A stretch of 64,000 nt of DNA from IMG/VR virus record IMGVR_UViG_3300020057_001237, one strand, 5' to 3'. Positions 37,261 to 46,654 of the stretch are shown here, piece after piece (the stretch's first letter is position 1; every line of letters starts with the position of its first letter). Origin of the DNA: an uncultured virus (IMG/VR IMGVR_UViG_3300020057_001237). Lineage: Duplodnaviria > Heunggongvirae > Uroviricota > Caudoviricetes. The position numbers and the translations under genes are program-made. A model generated the notes under the pieces. It was not told the DNA's origin. It did no database searches and was given only the letters and a program-made list of their open reading frames with translations.

Positions 37261-37785
37261 TTACGAAACTGAATCTTTCTTTCTAAGATTCTGGTGTGCC
37301 CATAGGGGTTGAAGATTTGTGAAATGCACAGCTTGAAGAAGTTGTGTAGAATCGCTTAGATCAAAAGAAGCGAGAGGCACTTTATGATCTATATGCCAAC
37401 CCCATCTCCCCCAATTCTCCCAAGTCATTCCCTCTTGAAAATCAATTTCAAGATGAAGTCTTAGCTCTTCCAATGTGCATCCCAGGTTTTCAACGGCTGA
37501 TCCGGTCTTAGCTTTGCCTTTCAGGGCACTCCTCAATCGAGAGCGTAGACGGTTAGCAAGTTTGAAATGTGGGTCTACTAGCTCTCGCTTTCCGACGTAC
37601 AAACTGTGACGCCGATTTTCTTTTTGATACCTAACTTGCTGCACAAGTATACTTGCCTTGTTTTTGGCGTAGTAGCTTTTGACTTTTTCGGGATTTTTGT
37701 CTCTCCAGCGTTTCCTGTAAACCTTGACTTTTTCAGGATTTTTGGATTGCCAGTCTTTAATTCTGGCGTGTTTGACATTAGTCAT
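37261..37785 (-). CDS. HNH-type (homing-like) endonuclease
   Basis: Basic N-terminal repeats (W..KNPEKVK), GMTWENWG..WHIDH..P and HFTNLQPLWA..N..K. Confidence 0.85.
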   Translation of the reverse strand: MTNVKHARIKDWQSKNPEKVKVYRKRWRDKNPEKVKSYYAKNKASILVQQVRYQKENRRHSLYVGKRELVDPHFKLANRLRSRLRSALKGKAKTGSAVENLGCTLEELRLHLEIDFQEGMTWENWGRWGWHIDHKVPLASFDLSDSTQLLQAVHFTNLQPLWAHQNLRKKDSVS

Positions 37786-37874
37786 GATGTTGATTCTATC
37801 ATAGAAGATTCTATGAAAGAAACATTTCTACCCCCGAAAGATTAAGTGACGAAACCACTAGGGAGTATCCACCG

Positions 37875-38171
37875 ATGGCGAACATGATTTTTAAAGACAA
37901 GCGTGAAGCGAACTATAAACTCGTCAGCGGTGTTGATTCCATCACCGTAAGCGTAGAATTTCAACCAAACTTCATCCAAGCCTCATTGCTTGGTGTGCAG
38001 ACCAAAGCTGCTGACCAAGCTACGGGTGCCGATAAAGTCGTACTGACTTCGGTCACGGCGACAGCTTCGGGTTATGACGTTGTATTTGACTACAACTGCG
38101 GCGAGACAAGGACGCTTAAGTGGGTAGTTGCAAAACTACCTGTTGATCCTGAACAGACGATCTCCTTCTAA
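37875..38171 (+). CDS. hypothetical small beta-rich protein
   Basis: GGGAG RBS. Confidence 0.65.
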   Translation: MANMIFKDKREANYKLVSGVDSITVSVEFQPNFIQASLLGVQTKAADQATGADKVVLTSVTATASGYDVVFDYNCGETRTLKWVVAKLPVDPEQTISF

Positions 38172-38181
38172 TTGGGAGCTT

Positions 38182-38442
38182 ATGATGGCAGAGTTAGTAA
38201 CTAGCGGTGCTGCGGTTACGGGAACGAGTAGTTTTCAAGTTTGTTTCCGTTTTAAGCCTCGTACCCCTACGAGTGCATTTTCGGACCCTAATCCTCCACC
38301 TCCTATGTGTGGACCGATTATCCTTGACACGACCACTGCGGCGGTCGTCAACCTCGGCTCGGTTCTCCGTCCGAAGTGGGCTCTACAAATTAGTTGGGTA
38401 ACGACGGGTCCTAGGCTTCTAGTTTGGACATCGGATCGTTAA
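38182..38442 (+). CDS. hypothetical small beta-rich protein
   Basis: GGGAG RBS before ATGATG. The pattern resembles the preceding gene (S..V...F.P ... R.L.W). Confidence 0.6.
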   Translation: MMAELVTSGAAVTGTSSFQVCFRFKPRTPTSAFSDPNPPPPMCGPIILDTTTAAVVNLGSVLRPKWALQISWVTTGPRLLVWTSDR

Positions 38443-38454
38443 AAAGGGTTTCCT

Positions 38455-39633
38455 TTGAAATTTATTACTTACAAAAAGCACACCATCCGGTGTGCTTTTG
38501 ATTTTGAGGCGTCCTCAGATGGCTTCAAGATTCTTGCTGTACCTGAAAGCTTACGGAAGGTCGCTGGACTTGAGCTTTTAAAGAACTACGAAGTACGCAG
38601 GGGACGAGTAGTGCATAAAAGAGACTTCAGTAGTCCACTTATTGTGTGGATAGCTCCTTGGGACTCCAAGACTTCCATAGGTGAATACGCCGCTCTCCTT
38701 GAGCCTTTCCTAAAGTTGAAATTTCCTAATTTAGTAAAGTTGAACTCTTCAATAGGCGAAATCGCTATGGGAGACGCCATCTTAGAAATAGAGCCAGACA
38801 TCGTTTTGATCGAGCACAGCTTTGGGACTTTTTACCAAGAAGATCTTTGGGAGACGTTCCTTAGCCGCATGCAGCAGATCCGGACCATAGTCCGCTTTCA
38901 CAGCATCTACGAGCAGCCTAATTTCCACCGTAGCCAAAGGGTAGTCCGTGAAGCTCTCTTCCACACAGAAGAACAAAGGGTGCTCTTTGAGGCGAGAAAC
39001 TCTACGGCTAAAACCTTCGTGATCCCACACGGCGTAAGCGAGTTCAAAGATCTTACCCCTGACGAAATACAACATCCGTGTCTTGTGCAGTTCGGCTTTA
39101 TGTCGCCGTATAAGGGGTGGGAAGTGACTCTCAACGTCGCCAAAGAAGTTATGAAGGATTACCCCGACCTCTTCGTCCTCTTGCTAGCTGCCCGCAACGA
39201 AGACTCCTACTACGATCACCAAGTTGACTCGTTGGCGGAAGATCTCTTAGAGCTTGCTGAGAGTTTACGGATTGGGGCACACGTCTCGCTGTCTTTAGGC
39301 TTCTTGCCGCTAGAAGAGCTTCTTGACCAAGTGGCTTTCGCTGACGTTGCGATCTTCCCTTACCTCAACTATGAGAAACAAAACGTCTACGCTGCCAGTG
39401 GCGCAGCTAGGATAGCTATCGGCTGCGGTGTACCCGTCGTAACAAGCAAGACGCCTTTGTTTTCCGACTTAGCCGGAGTCTGTGAGCAGGGGGACACAGT
39501 GGAAGAATTAGCGGAGAAAGTAAAAAGCTTACTCTCGTCAAAGAAAGCAAGCCTAGAACGTCAAGCCGATTACCTCAAAGCAACAAGCTGGGAAGCCGTC
39601 GCTGAAGCGTTTAGGCTTTATATTTCGCAGTGA
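38455..39633 (+). CDS. GT-B glycosyltransferase (family 4-like)
   Basis: VIPHGV, FGFMSPYKG, ADVAIFPY..SGA..A..CGVPVVTS and SWE.VA. Confidence 0.85.
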   Translation: MKFITYKKHTIRCAFDFEASSDGFKILAVPESLRKVAGLELLKNYEVRRGRVVHKRDFSSPLIVWIAPWDSKTSIGEYAALLEPFLKLKFPNLVKLNSSIGEIAMGDAILEIEPDIVLIEHSFGTFYQEDLWETFLSRMQQIRTIVRFHSIYEQPNFHRSQRVVREALFHTEEQRVLFEARNSTAKTFVIPHGVSEFKDLTPDEIQHPCLVQFGFMSPYKGWEVTLNVAKEVMKDYPDLFVLLLAARNEDSYYDHQVDSLAEDLLELAESLRIGAHVSLSLGFLPLEELLDQVAFADVAIFPYLNYEKQNVYAASGAARIAIGCGVPVVTSKTPLFSDLAGVCEQGDTVEELAEKVKSLLSSKKASLERQADYLKATSWEAVAEAFRLYISQ

Positions 39634-39979
39634 TTTTTTGCAAGAAGCTTTTTACAAGCTTAAGATGCTTGCCCGCCATAGTTGTAAGCTTATCTACGCA
39701 CTCTTCGTAGTCGCCTTCGAACTTCTCGGAACCCTTCTCAAGGAAGAATTGACCGTCTTCTGAGCCGAACCAAAGCTTGCACTTACCGTTTTCTACGTCG
39801 GCGAACGGTCCTTGATAAACGTCGAAAGGCTTAACCGTACACTTAACGCCAGCATCTTTGCAGAGCTTCTCTAGCTCAAGACGAGCTTCGTAATACTCTC
39901 CACCTTTGTCGAGGTCTTCTTTGAACATCTCGCCAGCAGCAGTGACTTTTAACTTTTTTACTTTTTTGATGAAAGACAT
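39611..39979 (-). CDS. hypothetical protein
   Basis: PFDVYQGP motif and Lys-rich termini. Confidence 0.65.
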   Translation of the reverse strand: MSFIKKVKKLKVTAAGEMFKEDLDKGGEYYEARLELEKLCKDAGVKCTVKPFDVYQGPFADVENGKCKLWFGSEDGQFFLEKGSEKFEGDYEECVDKLTTMAGKHLKLVKSFLQKITAKYKA

Positions 39980-40015
39980 CGCTTAATACCCTTGGTGGTG
40001 AAAGTTGGTACTCAA

Positions 40016-40474
40016 TCAAATCTTAGCTACGAAGGCTTGAATGGTTTTTTCGCCACGGAGAAAAGCGGCTCGGGAACGGTGCCTGCCGTCGATGATTTGA
40101 AACTTGCCACCTTCAGGCTTAACGATGATCGGACCTGCTGTGTCGCCGGAGGGGTACTTTTCAGCGAACTTTTTGGCGTAGAACTCGTCACCACCAGTTA
40201 AGATCTTGTTGTCGTCGTACTCAGGACCGCTCTCTAAAAACATTACGTCGCTAGGAAGTTCTTTCCTTTTCTGCCCCGCAAAGAGTTTAGAGAGGGGTAC
40301 CCGTTCGAGCTTGAACAGTTGGTCTTTTTCAAACGTGTCCGTGAAAAGACACCCCGATAGAATGTCGGGGTTACCGAACTTTTTCGCTACGTCGGCAACT
40401 TCGAGGTAGGTGAAGGTTTTGCCTACTGTATAAGCAATGACGTAGCGACTAGTGATTTTATCTTTGACTCTCAT
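40016..40474 (-). CDS. ParB/sulfiredoxin-like domain protein
   Basis: PIIV....FQIIDGRHRSRAA..G..TI.A.V. Confidence 0.75.
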   Translation of the reverse strand: MRVKDKITSRYVIAYTVGKTFTYLEVADVAKKFGNPDILSGCLFTDTFEKDQLFKLERVPLSKLFAGQKRKELPSDVMFLESGPEYDDNKILTGGDEFYAKKFAEKYPSGDTAGPIIVKPEGGKFQIIDGRHRSRAAFLRGEKTIQAFVAKI

Positions 40475-40492
40475 CGAAGATAATCTAGCAAG

Positions 40493-41119
40493 TTAGCCTT
40501 TGACCTGCATGTTCTCGACTCGCCATTCGAGGTTGGCTCTAGCGAGCTTTTCCCACTCGTGGACGACGTAGTAGAGTTTTTTACGTTGGAGCAGCTTGCG
40601 GAGGAATTTCTCGTTACCTTCCCTGACTTGTGCTTCGGTAAAGCCTCTTTCCATATACTCCAAGATGACGTTTTCGGAGTCGTGGAGAAACTCATCCCGA
40701 GGTCTAGAGAAGCTTTGAAGGTCTAAGTCGAGCATAATCTGCGAGATCTCGCCGAGACCGACTTGATCGTTGAGGTGGTAAGCTGAGGCGTTGATAGCTT
40801 CGACGGGGATCAGCAGCGTACCGATGTCTAAGTTCTCACCGACAGCGGCGACCGTCGTAGCCGTAAGGACGGCGATGCTAGCAGCTTCATTGTAGCCTTC
40901 GGGAACAGCTTTATCGCAGTGGATGATGTCGTGGAAGACGATAGCTTGGAGAAGTTGGTCGAGGTTTTTCAGGTCGGGATTAACCCAGCGGAGCATGTTG
41001 TCTAAATGCGTTTCGTTGTGGTAATGGCGGTGGGGCTGATTATACACTTCGAGGATATAGTCTTTAGTTGGCTTCGCAAATTTCAAATGATCTATTGCGG
41101 ATTTCGCTGTAAAGGTCAT
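40493..41119 (-). CDS. HD-superfamily metal-dependent phosphohydrolase
   Basis: Y.QPHRHYHN..HL, AIVFHDI, NE..S and LDLDL. Confidence 0.8.
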   Translation of the reverse strand: MTFTAKSAIDHLKFAKPTKDYILEVYNQPHRHYHNETHLDNMLRWVNPDLKNLDQLLQAIVFHDIIHCDKAVPEGYNEAASIAVLTATTVAAVGENLDIGTLLIPVEAINASAYHLNDQVGLGEISQIMLDLDLQSFSRPRDEFLHDSENVILEYMERGFTEAQVREGNEKFLRKLLQRKKLYYVVHEWEKLARANLEWRVENMQVKG

Positions 41120-41805
41120 ACACTTTTCTCCATAATTTCCAGACTAGCTAATAGGTTTGATTGATATCGCAACTTCGCTTTGAGGTTGCTGTAACGTTCT
41201 TCTAATTCCAAAAGTTCTTTTTGTTTCGGCGACGAGATCTCTTTGTGAGAGCGTATTTCGGCGATAGGCTTAATGAGATCAGTGAGCAGTTGTTTAATTT
41301 CGGTTAAGTGGTCAGGGTCTAATGTTTCGACGAGCCGTTCGTAGATGACCCTCTTAGGCAAGCGACGAAGTACACGAGCAGGCACGACAGCGTTACCGGC
41401 ACTGAAAGAACGACAATTAACGCATAGCCCACCCGTTTGAGGATCGACGCCTTCCACGCTGCCGAAGTAGTGTGTTCCTTCAAATGCAAAAGTCACCTCG
41501 TCACCTAAAGCTAAATGCTCCCCTTCGGAGTCCCTCGTGTTCATGACGGCTTGTGCTTGGCTGGCTGCAAATTTTAAGTAGCTAGCTTGCGTGGGGGTAA
41601 GACCTTGCACGAAGAGGCGTAGCATCTGAAGGTCTTTAGGGATCTCTTGTTGGGCAGGAATGAAGTTACGGCAAGCTTCGCTAGTAGGTGTATAAAGCTC
41701 ACCCGCTGCGTCTTTACGGTTTTCGCAAAGAACCATGCGTGTGTGTAGCTTCCAGGGTTGCCCCCAACGCACGCAATTTGAGCATTGTAAAAACTTGTCT
41801 TCCAT
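41116..41805 (-). CDS. hypothetical protein with N-terminal Cys4 cluster
   Basis: CSNC...C...CRNF. Confidence 0.6.
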   Translation of the reverse strand: MEDKFLQCSNCVRWGQPWKLHTRMVLCENRKDAAGELYTPTSEACRNFIPAQQEIPKDLQMLRLFVQGLTPTQASYLKFAASQAQAVMNTRDSEGEHLALGDEVTFAFEGTHYFGSVEGVDPQTGGLCVNCRSFSAGNAVVPARVLRRLPKRVIYERLVETLDPDHLTEIKQLLTDLIKPIAEIRSHKEISSPKQKELLELEERYSNLKAKLRYQSNLLASLEIMEKSV

Positions 41806-41862
41806 TCTTTTAAAGATCCTCTTGCGATGATCTTAAAGGGTTTTGACAAGTACCACAATGGA

Positions 41863-42405
41863 TTACGGTTGATAACCTCGCTTTTTTAAGTCTTGTTCAA
41901 CGAGAAGCCTAAGGTAGCTACTGACTCCTAGCTTCTTACCGGTACGAGGATTTCGCATTTCATTGCAAACTCTATTCACTAAATCCCGAGTTTTTGGTGG
42001 TACTTTAGGTGGGGTTAAATGGACTAACATCTCGGTATCGAAGGCACTGTAGTCAGTCGATGCCGAAGCCTTCTTGTTTTCCGAATTGCGACTGTCATTT
42101 GACAAAGCCGCCGTCATAGCTAGATAGAGACAATTTTCCCTTGCTTTAGCATTGTCTGGGTAAAGCTGCTGAAGCATATCGGGAACTAAATGCCGCTTCT
42201 TGTCGTTTTTTACCGCACCCTCAATCTGGTGGAGGGCATGGTGGCAATGTGCGTCGAGAATAGCAATGTTCTCCCTCGCATCTTGTCCGCCCTCCGCACG
42301 CTTGATCTTGTGGTGCTCGTGCATCGAGATTCGAGGGTATATTTTACCGCAACAGTCGCAGGCAAAAGAGTCTAGACCGTGAGCATCTTTTAAATAGATG
42401 GGCAA
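41863..42405 (-). CDS. HNH endonuclease-domain protein with a C-terminal ribbon-helix-helix-like segment
   Basis: CDCCG..HEHH....GG.D..EN...L...CH..LH, and a C-terminal VSSYLRLLVEQDL. Confidence 0.75.
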   Translation of the reverse strand: MPIYLKDAHGLDSFACDCCGKIYPRISMHEHHKIKRAEGGQDARENIAILDAHCHHALHQIEGAVKNDKKRHLVPDMLQQLYPDNAKARENCLYLAMTAALSNDSRNSENKKASASTDYSAFDTEMLVHLTPPKVPPKTRDLVNRVCNEMRNPRTGKKLGVSSYLRLLVEQDLKKRGYQP

Positions 42406-42666
42406 TTAAACCGCCTTAAGCTCCAGGTCCAAGTTCACAATCAGGTCTTCGATGTTGCTGCTTTTGAGCTGCTCAAGACTGTAGGTGGCACTGAGGTTCG
42501 TGAAGCTAGACTCTTTAAGCTGATCCTGCAAAGGATACGGCGAAATGATGCGGTCTTTAGTGCCGGGGTGACGGAACTTCAAAATGACTTGACCAGCCAC
42601 CTGTTTTCCTGTGCGTACCATTACACGACCTGCGGTTAGAGCTTTTGCTAATTGAATGCTTTTCAT
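42406..42666 (-). CDS. hypothetical protein
   Basis: AAGGAG RBS. Confidence 0.65.
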   Translation of the reverse strand: MKSIQLAKALTAGRVMVRTGKQVAGQVILKFRHPGTKDRIISPYPLQDQLKESSFTNLSATYSLEQLKSSNIEDLIVNLDLELKAV

Positions 42667-42682
42667 ATTATCTCCTTGGAAA

Positions 42683-45600
42683 TTAGGATGCTATTGACAT
42701 CCCTTTCATTTTATTTACTGACGATGATAATCCAGTAAACTTTACCATAACTGTATCGTCTGACATAGCTGTCGAAGCATCCAAAGATGCCGAAACTTGA
42801 CCATTAACACCGTAACCGCCACCTTCGCTTCGTACACTCGGTCGCCCGTTGGTGTCGAAGGCTGGTGTTTCTCGGTCTAAGGTTTTGATGGCGTCTTTAT
42901 GAAGTTGAACATCCGGCAGACCGGTTGCTCCAAGCTCGGAGATGCCGAGATCGTGAAGAGAGACGATTTTACCACGGCGACCTGAAGCATCAAACTTGTT
43001 GGCGTTGAGGAGCTTTTCGGCATCGGCATTGCGTCCGGCGTCGATAAGTTTATCAACTGTCTTCGCCAATGCTGCATTGTCTTTGATATCCGCTTTGTCT
43101 TTTTTCTCTTGCTCTTTTGTCTTCGCCAATGCTGCATTGTCTTTGATATCCGCTTTGTCTTTTTTCTCTTGCTCTTTGCTTCGTCCGAACACACGGGAAA
43201 GAGTGCCCCCCATTGCAGTGCCAATCATTGCGATGAAGTCACCAGGATTAGCTAACCAATCCATAATGCCGTAGGTTGCCGTTCTGGCAGCAAGATCCGC
43301 CGTAAACTTTGCGTTGTCTTTGAAAGCGTCTCCTAGGTTCTTGGCGGCGTCGTACACGGCGTAAGCACCGTATGCGATAGCTCCGTAGCGTGCCAATCCT
43401 TTTGCCATGTTCATCGCAGCGCCACCCATACCCTTTAAGTACGGGAGGAGGCTTTTGAACATGTTACCACTTGATGAAGCCAAACTTTTCAAAAGACCCA
43501 TGCCTCTAGTTTTAGCCGCATCAAAGCCTTTGCGGAGAAGACCAGGAACTTCGTCCGGCTGACCAAGTAGAGTTTGTTGAATTGCTTCTTTTACGGGATT
43601 TCTAACCAAAGCGTTGATGATGGATTTTTTAGCAAAGTAAAGACCGATGGCACCGATACCTACAGCCGCAGCTCCTCCTACTACGCCCGCTGCGGGACCT
43701 TTAAGCATACCGCCTGTAATTTTATCGACGATGGCTTCAGCCGCGCTGAAGAATCCACCGGAGAGCTTCTTGTAGAAGTCGTCTTGAGCCGCCTTTTGTT
43801 TTTCGACAAGTGTGTTGTCGGTGTTCAAAAGGTTAGCGAGCTGATCCCGAGCGTTACCTTTTTGACTCTCGGCTATCTCTTTGTCGGAGCTTCCTTTGGA
43901 CTTCATATCAGCGATCATATCGTCGAACTTGCCTACGAGGTCGTGTACGGCTTTTTTGCCCTCGTCGCTTTGTAGGTTCATCGTAGAGATGAGCTTATCG
44001 GCTATCTCTTTGTCGGAGCTTCCTTTGGACTTCATATCAGCGATCCTATCGGCAAGCTTGTCAGCTTTTTCCATAGGATCTAAAGCCGCAGCTAAGAAGA
44101 CCTCAGTGTTAGCTCTCTGTTTACCTAAGTCGTTTGCGAAGTCTTTTTGGATCTTCAAATATTCTTGAGCATCATCGGGTGTCATACCGAGTTTTTGCGT
44201 CAGGATGTTGATTCTCTCTTGCTCGTCTTTGGCTCCCTTCAAGGCTTCGCCGAACTTCTTAGAGTTTTTAGCCATAAGCTCTGTTAGGGAAACCGTCTTG
44301 CCGGTCTCCGTTGTGATCTGCTTTTGAAGAGCTTCAGCTTCCTTCAACGCCGTTATCTGCCCGTAGGCAGCAGAGTCAGAGTCTGCTAGTCCGAGCTGCA
44401 CGAAGATCTTTGGTGCCATCGGACCTTTAGCGAACTTGAGCTGCTCTTGAAGGTTAGCTTCCATACCGGCTGCGGAGTTTTTAAGCTGCTCGTTAAGGAT
44501 CTGACCGGCTTGGTATTCGCCCATCTCTCCTTTCATCATTGAGTCTCTAACGCTCATCGCAAACTTCTTTTGATCCTCGGTCAAGCCCTTTAAGGCTTTT
44601 TTGGGAGCATCCCTTAGCATCTTAGCCATCTTAAGTCCCATAGGAACCGTAACGGCTTCCGTGCTCGTACCAAGGGACTTGCCTAGACCTGAGGCAGTCT
44701 GCTTAGCCAACGTCTGGCTTGCACCAAGCCTAGTTGCTTGATCGGCTGCTGCACGTAGGGCTCCCGTCATAAGCCGAGTGTCGGTGACGTAGCTGTTGGA
44801 TTCTTGACCGGCTTTGTTGATAAGTTCAACCATCTCCTCTAAAGGGATGTTGTTCTTGGTCAAGCCGACGTTCATGCGTTCAAGCTGCACCCGCATACCC
44901 ATGAGATCACTTTGGGCTTGCTGCGCCGTCATGTTCATGGTCTTCATGCGTATAGCTAGCATTTCAGTAGCTTGGTCGGCGTCGATGCCCGTTACTTTGG
45001 CAAAGGTTGCAACTTCTTTGGTGAGGTTGCGGACGGCTTGTTCCGAGAGCTTGCCTTGGGCGTCGATCTTGATGCCAATTCGCACTTTGTCGCCAATGGC
45101 GGACACTTCCTCCATCGACATACCAAGTTCGGCAGCCGTAACCGCAAACCCTGCCGCCGACTTCTGAGCTTCGAAGGCAGCGTCGATAAAGCCGCCGAAG
45201 CCCTTCTTACTCTCTACGCCTAACCGCTGCGAAAGCTCCGTGTTGACTTTGTAGTATTGAGCGATGCTTTTTGTACCGTCGTTTATCATCTTCAAGCCTT
45301 GGAGTACGAGACCCCCCTTGAAGATCATATCGAGAGCATGTATGAACTTGGCGTCCGCTATGGCTTCAAGCGGAGCAATCATACCCGAGAGACCGCCTTG
45401 CATCATTCGACTTTGGCGGTTACTTTCTCGTGCAGCGAAACCCCAATCCACCATAGCCTGCATACTTTCCGTAACGGCTTTAGTTTGCTCGCTGTATCTT
45501 TCTGTAAGAAGCTGAGTTTGAACCGCCGATCTTTGCTGAGTGTCGGTGGCGGCTTGGTGTTGAGCCGTAAGTTCTTCAAGCTTCTTTTGGTTTTCTACAG

Positions 45601-46093
45601 TTTTGCCCGCAGTCGTCCCCATCGTAGCGTTGAGTTCTTTAATTTGTTTGTCTAGCTCCGCAGCTTGATCTTTGGCAGCTATGTAGTCCTTAGCACTGTC
45701 CTGTATTTGCTTTGCTAAGTTCTGAGCTTCGTTGAGAGTTGAGCGGTAGGTCTGCGCGAGCTTGGAGAGACCTCCGGCGTAACTTGCCGTAGAAATCTTG
45801 CCTTTGGCTGCTAGCTTGACCATGGAGTCGGTCAAACCTTCAACCATCTCACTGGTTTCTTCAACGGTGTGGCTTAAGTTGCCTAGCTCACGAATCTGCG
45901 GCTTGAGACTTTTAGAGACGTTTTTAGAGGCGTTTAAAGCCTTGTTGACGACCGAGGTGTATTTGGTCCAGCGTCCCGTTAGCTTGTCGAGTTCGGCTGT
46001 CTGACGCTTGGTATCACCTGTTAATTGCTTGGTGATCGTTTTAGACAAATCACCGAGGTCATTCAAGTCGTTTAGTGTAGGATCGTCAGCCAT
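42683..46093 (-). CDS. tail tape measure protein
   Basis: 1136 aa, rich in helical A/K/L/M/G sequence with hydrophobic C-terminal stretches. It lies directly downstream of the frameshifted chaperone pair. Confidence 0.82.
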   Translation of the reverse strand: MADDPTLNDLNDLGDLSKTITKQLTGDTKRQTAELDKLTGRWTKYTSVVNKALNASKNVSKSLKPQIRELGNLSHTVEETSEMVEGLTDSMVKLAAKGKISTASYAGGLSKLAQTYRSTLNEAQNLAKQIQDSAKDYIAAKDQAAELDKQIKELNATMGTTAGKTVENQKKLEELTAQHQAATDTQQRSAVQTQLLTERYSEQTKAVTESMQAMVDWGFAARESNRQSRMMQGGLSGMIAPLEAIADAKFIHALDMIFKGGLVLQGLKMINDGTKSIAQYYKVNTELSQRLGVESKKGFGGFIDAAFEAQKSAAGFAVTAAELGMSMEEVSAIGDKVRIGIKIDAQGKLSEQAVRNLTKEVATFAKVTGIDADQATEMLAIRMKTMNMTAQQAQSDLMGMRVQLERMNVGLTKNNIPLEEMVELINKAGQESNSYVTDTRLMTGALRAAADQATRLGASQTLAKQTASGLGKSLGTSTEAVTVPMGLKMAKMLRDAPKKALKGLTEDQKKFAMSVRDSMMKGEMGEYQAGQILNEQLKNSAAGMEANLQEQLKFAKGPMAPKIFVQLGLADSDSAAYGQITALKEAEALQKQITTETGKTVSLTELMAKNSKKFGEALKGAKDEQERINILTQKLGMTPDDAQEYLKIQKDFANDLGKQRANTEVFLAAALDPMEKADKLADRIADMKSKGSSDKEIADKLISTMNLQSDEGKKAVHDLVGKFDDMIADMKSKGSSDKEIAESQKGNARDQLANLLNTDNTLVEKQKAAQDDFYKKLSGGFFSAAEAIVDKITGGMLKGPAAGVVGGAAAVGIGAIGLYFAKKSIINALVRNPVKEAIQQTLLGQPDEVPGLLRKGFDAAKTRGMGLLKSLASSSGNMFKSLLPYLKGMGGAAMNMAKGLARYGAIAYGAYAVYDAAKNLGDAFKDNAKFTADLAARTATYGIMDWLANPGDFIAMIGTAMGGTLSRVFGRSKEQEKKDKADIKDNAALAKTKEQEKKDKADIKDNAALAKTVDKLIDAGRNADAEKLLNANKFDASGRRGKIVSLHDLGISELGATGLPDVQLHKDAIKTLDRETPAFDTNGRPSVRSEGGGYGVNGQVSASLDASTAMSDDTVMVKFTGLSSSVNKMKGMSIAS
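43058..43177. repeat. perfect 2 x 60 bp tandem duplication in the tape measure gene
   Basis: KEQEKKDKADIKDNAALAKT occurs twice and is nucleotide-identical. Confidence 0.95.
43869..44045. repeat. 48 bp direct repeat (43869-43916 and 43998-44045) in the tape measure gene
   Basis: IADMKSKGSSDKEIA occurs twice, nucleotide-identical and 129 bp apart. Confidence 0.92.
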
Positions 46094-46144
46094 TTAAAAA
46101 AACCTCTAAGCCGGTAAAGCCGAACAATATAATCTCGATTTTCT

Positions 46145-46654
46145 TTACGTAGGAATGCGTCTTGCGTATTCCAAGAACTCCTCACGGGTTTTCTCAGAAA
46201 GATCCACGATTTCATACTTACGATTTTTGTCGTTGAGCCATTTCGGTGTATCGAGAATGGCGGCGTTCTCTCTGTTGCTCCACTTAAGGCTAGATGCCTT
46301 AGCTTTGAGCTGCTCGAAGAATTTAGGGTTCTGCGTAAGAGAAGCAGCTAACGGTACGACCACCTTCTGTGTGCGATGTCGTAGCGACCACGTAAAGGCT
46401 TTAACGTCTTGGTTGCCGTCTTTACTGCCTAGCAGTGAGTTTACGTCCCATGTGACACCTAGTAGTGAACCTACGACGCTATCAAGAGTTTCGCTTTGCC
46501 TCCGTTCTTGCAATAGGAAAGCCGACTCCATAGTTTCAAGCTCATCATCGGTGAGTTCTCGAATCTGCGAAGGGGTCAAACGCCAATGTGCCATGACGAG
46601 GAGACGACGAGCCACTAGAGGGTCATGTTCATAGAACTCTAGAGGGTCACTTAA
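46145..46654 (-). CDS. tail assembly chaperone, -1 frame extension (gpT-like)
   Basis: The -1 frame is open from the slippery site (LSDPLEFYEHDPLVARRLL...) to 46145. Confidence 0.75.
   Translation of the reverse strand, partial: LSDPLEFYEHDPLVARRLLVMAHWRLTPSQIRELTDDELETMESAFLLQERRQSETLDSVVGSLLGVTWDVNSLLGSKDGNQDVKAFTWSLRHRTQKVVVPLAASLTQNPKFFEQLKAKASSLKWSNRENAAILDTPKWLNDKNRKYEIVDLSEKTREEFLEYARRIPT

Noticed and set aside
43058..44045. CRISPR array
   Set aside because: Each repeat has only two copies, both are in frame inside a CDS, and there are no spacers or cas genes. No array was seen anywhere in the window.
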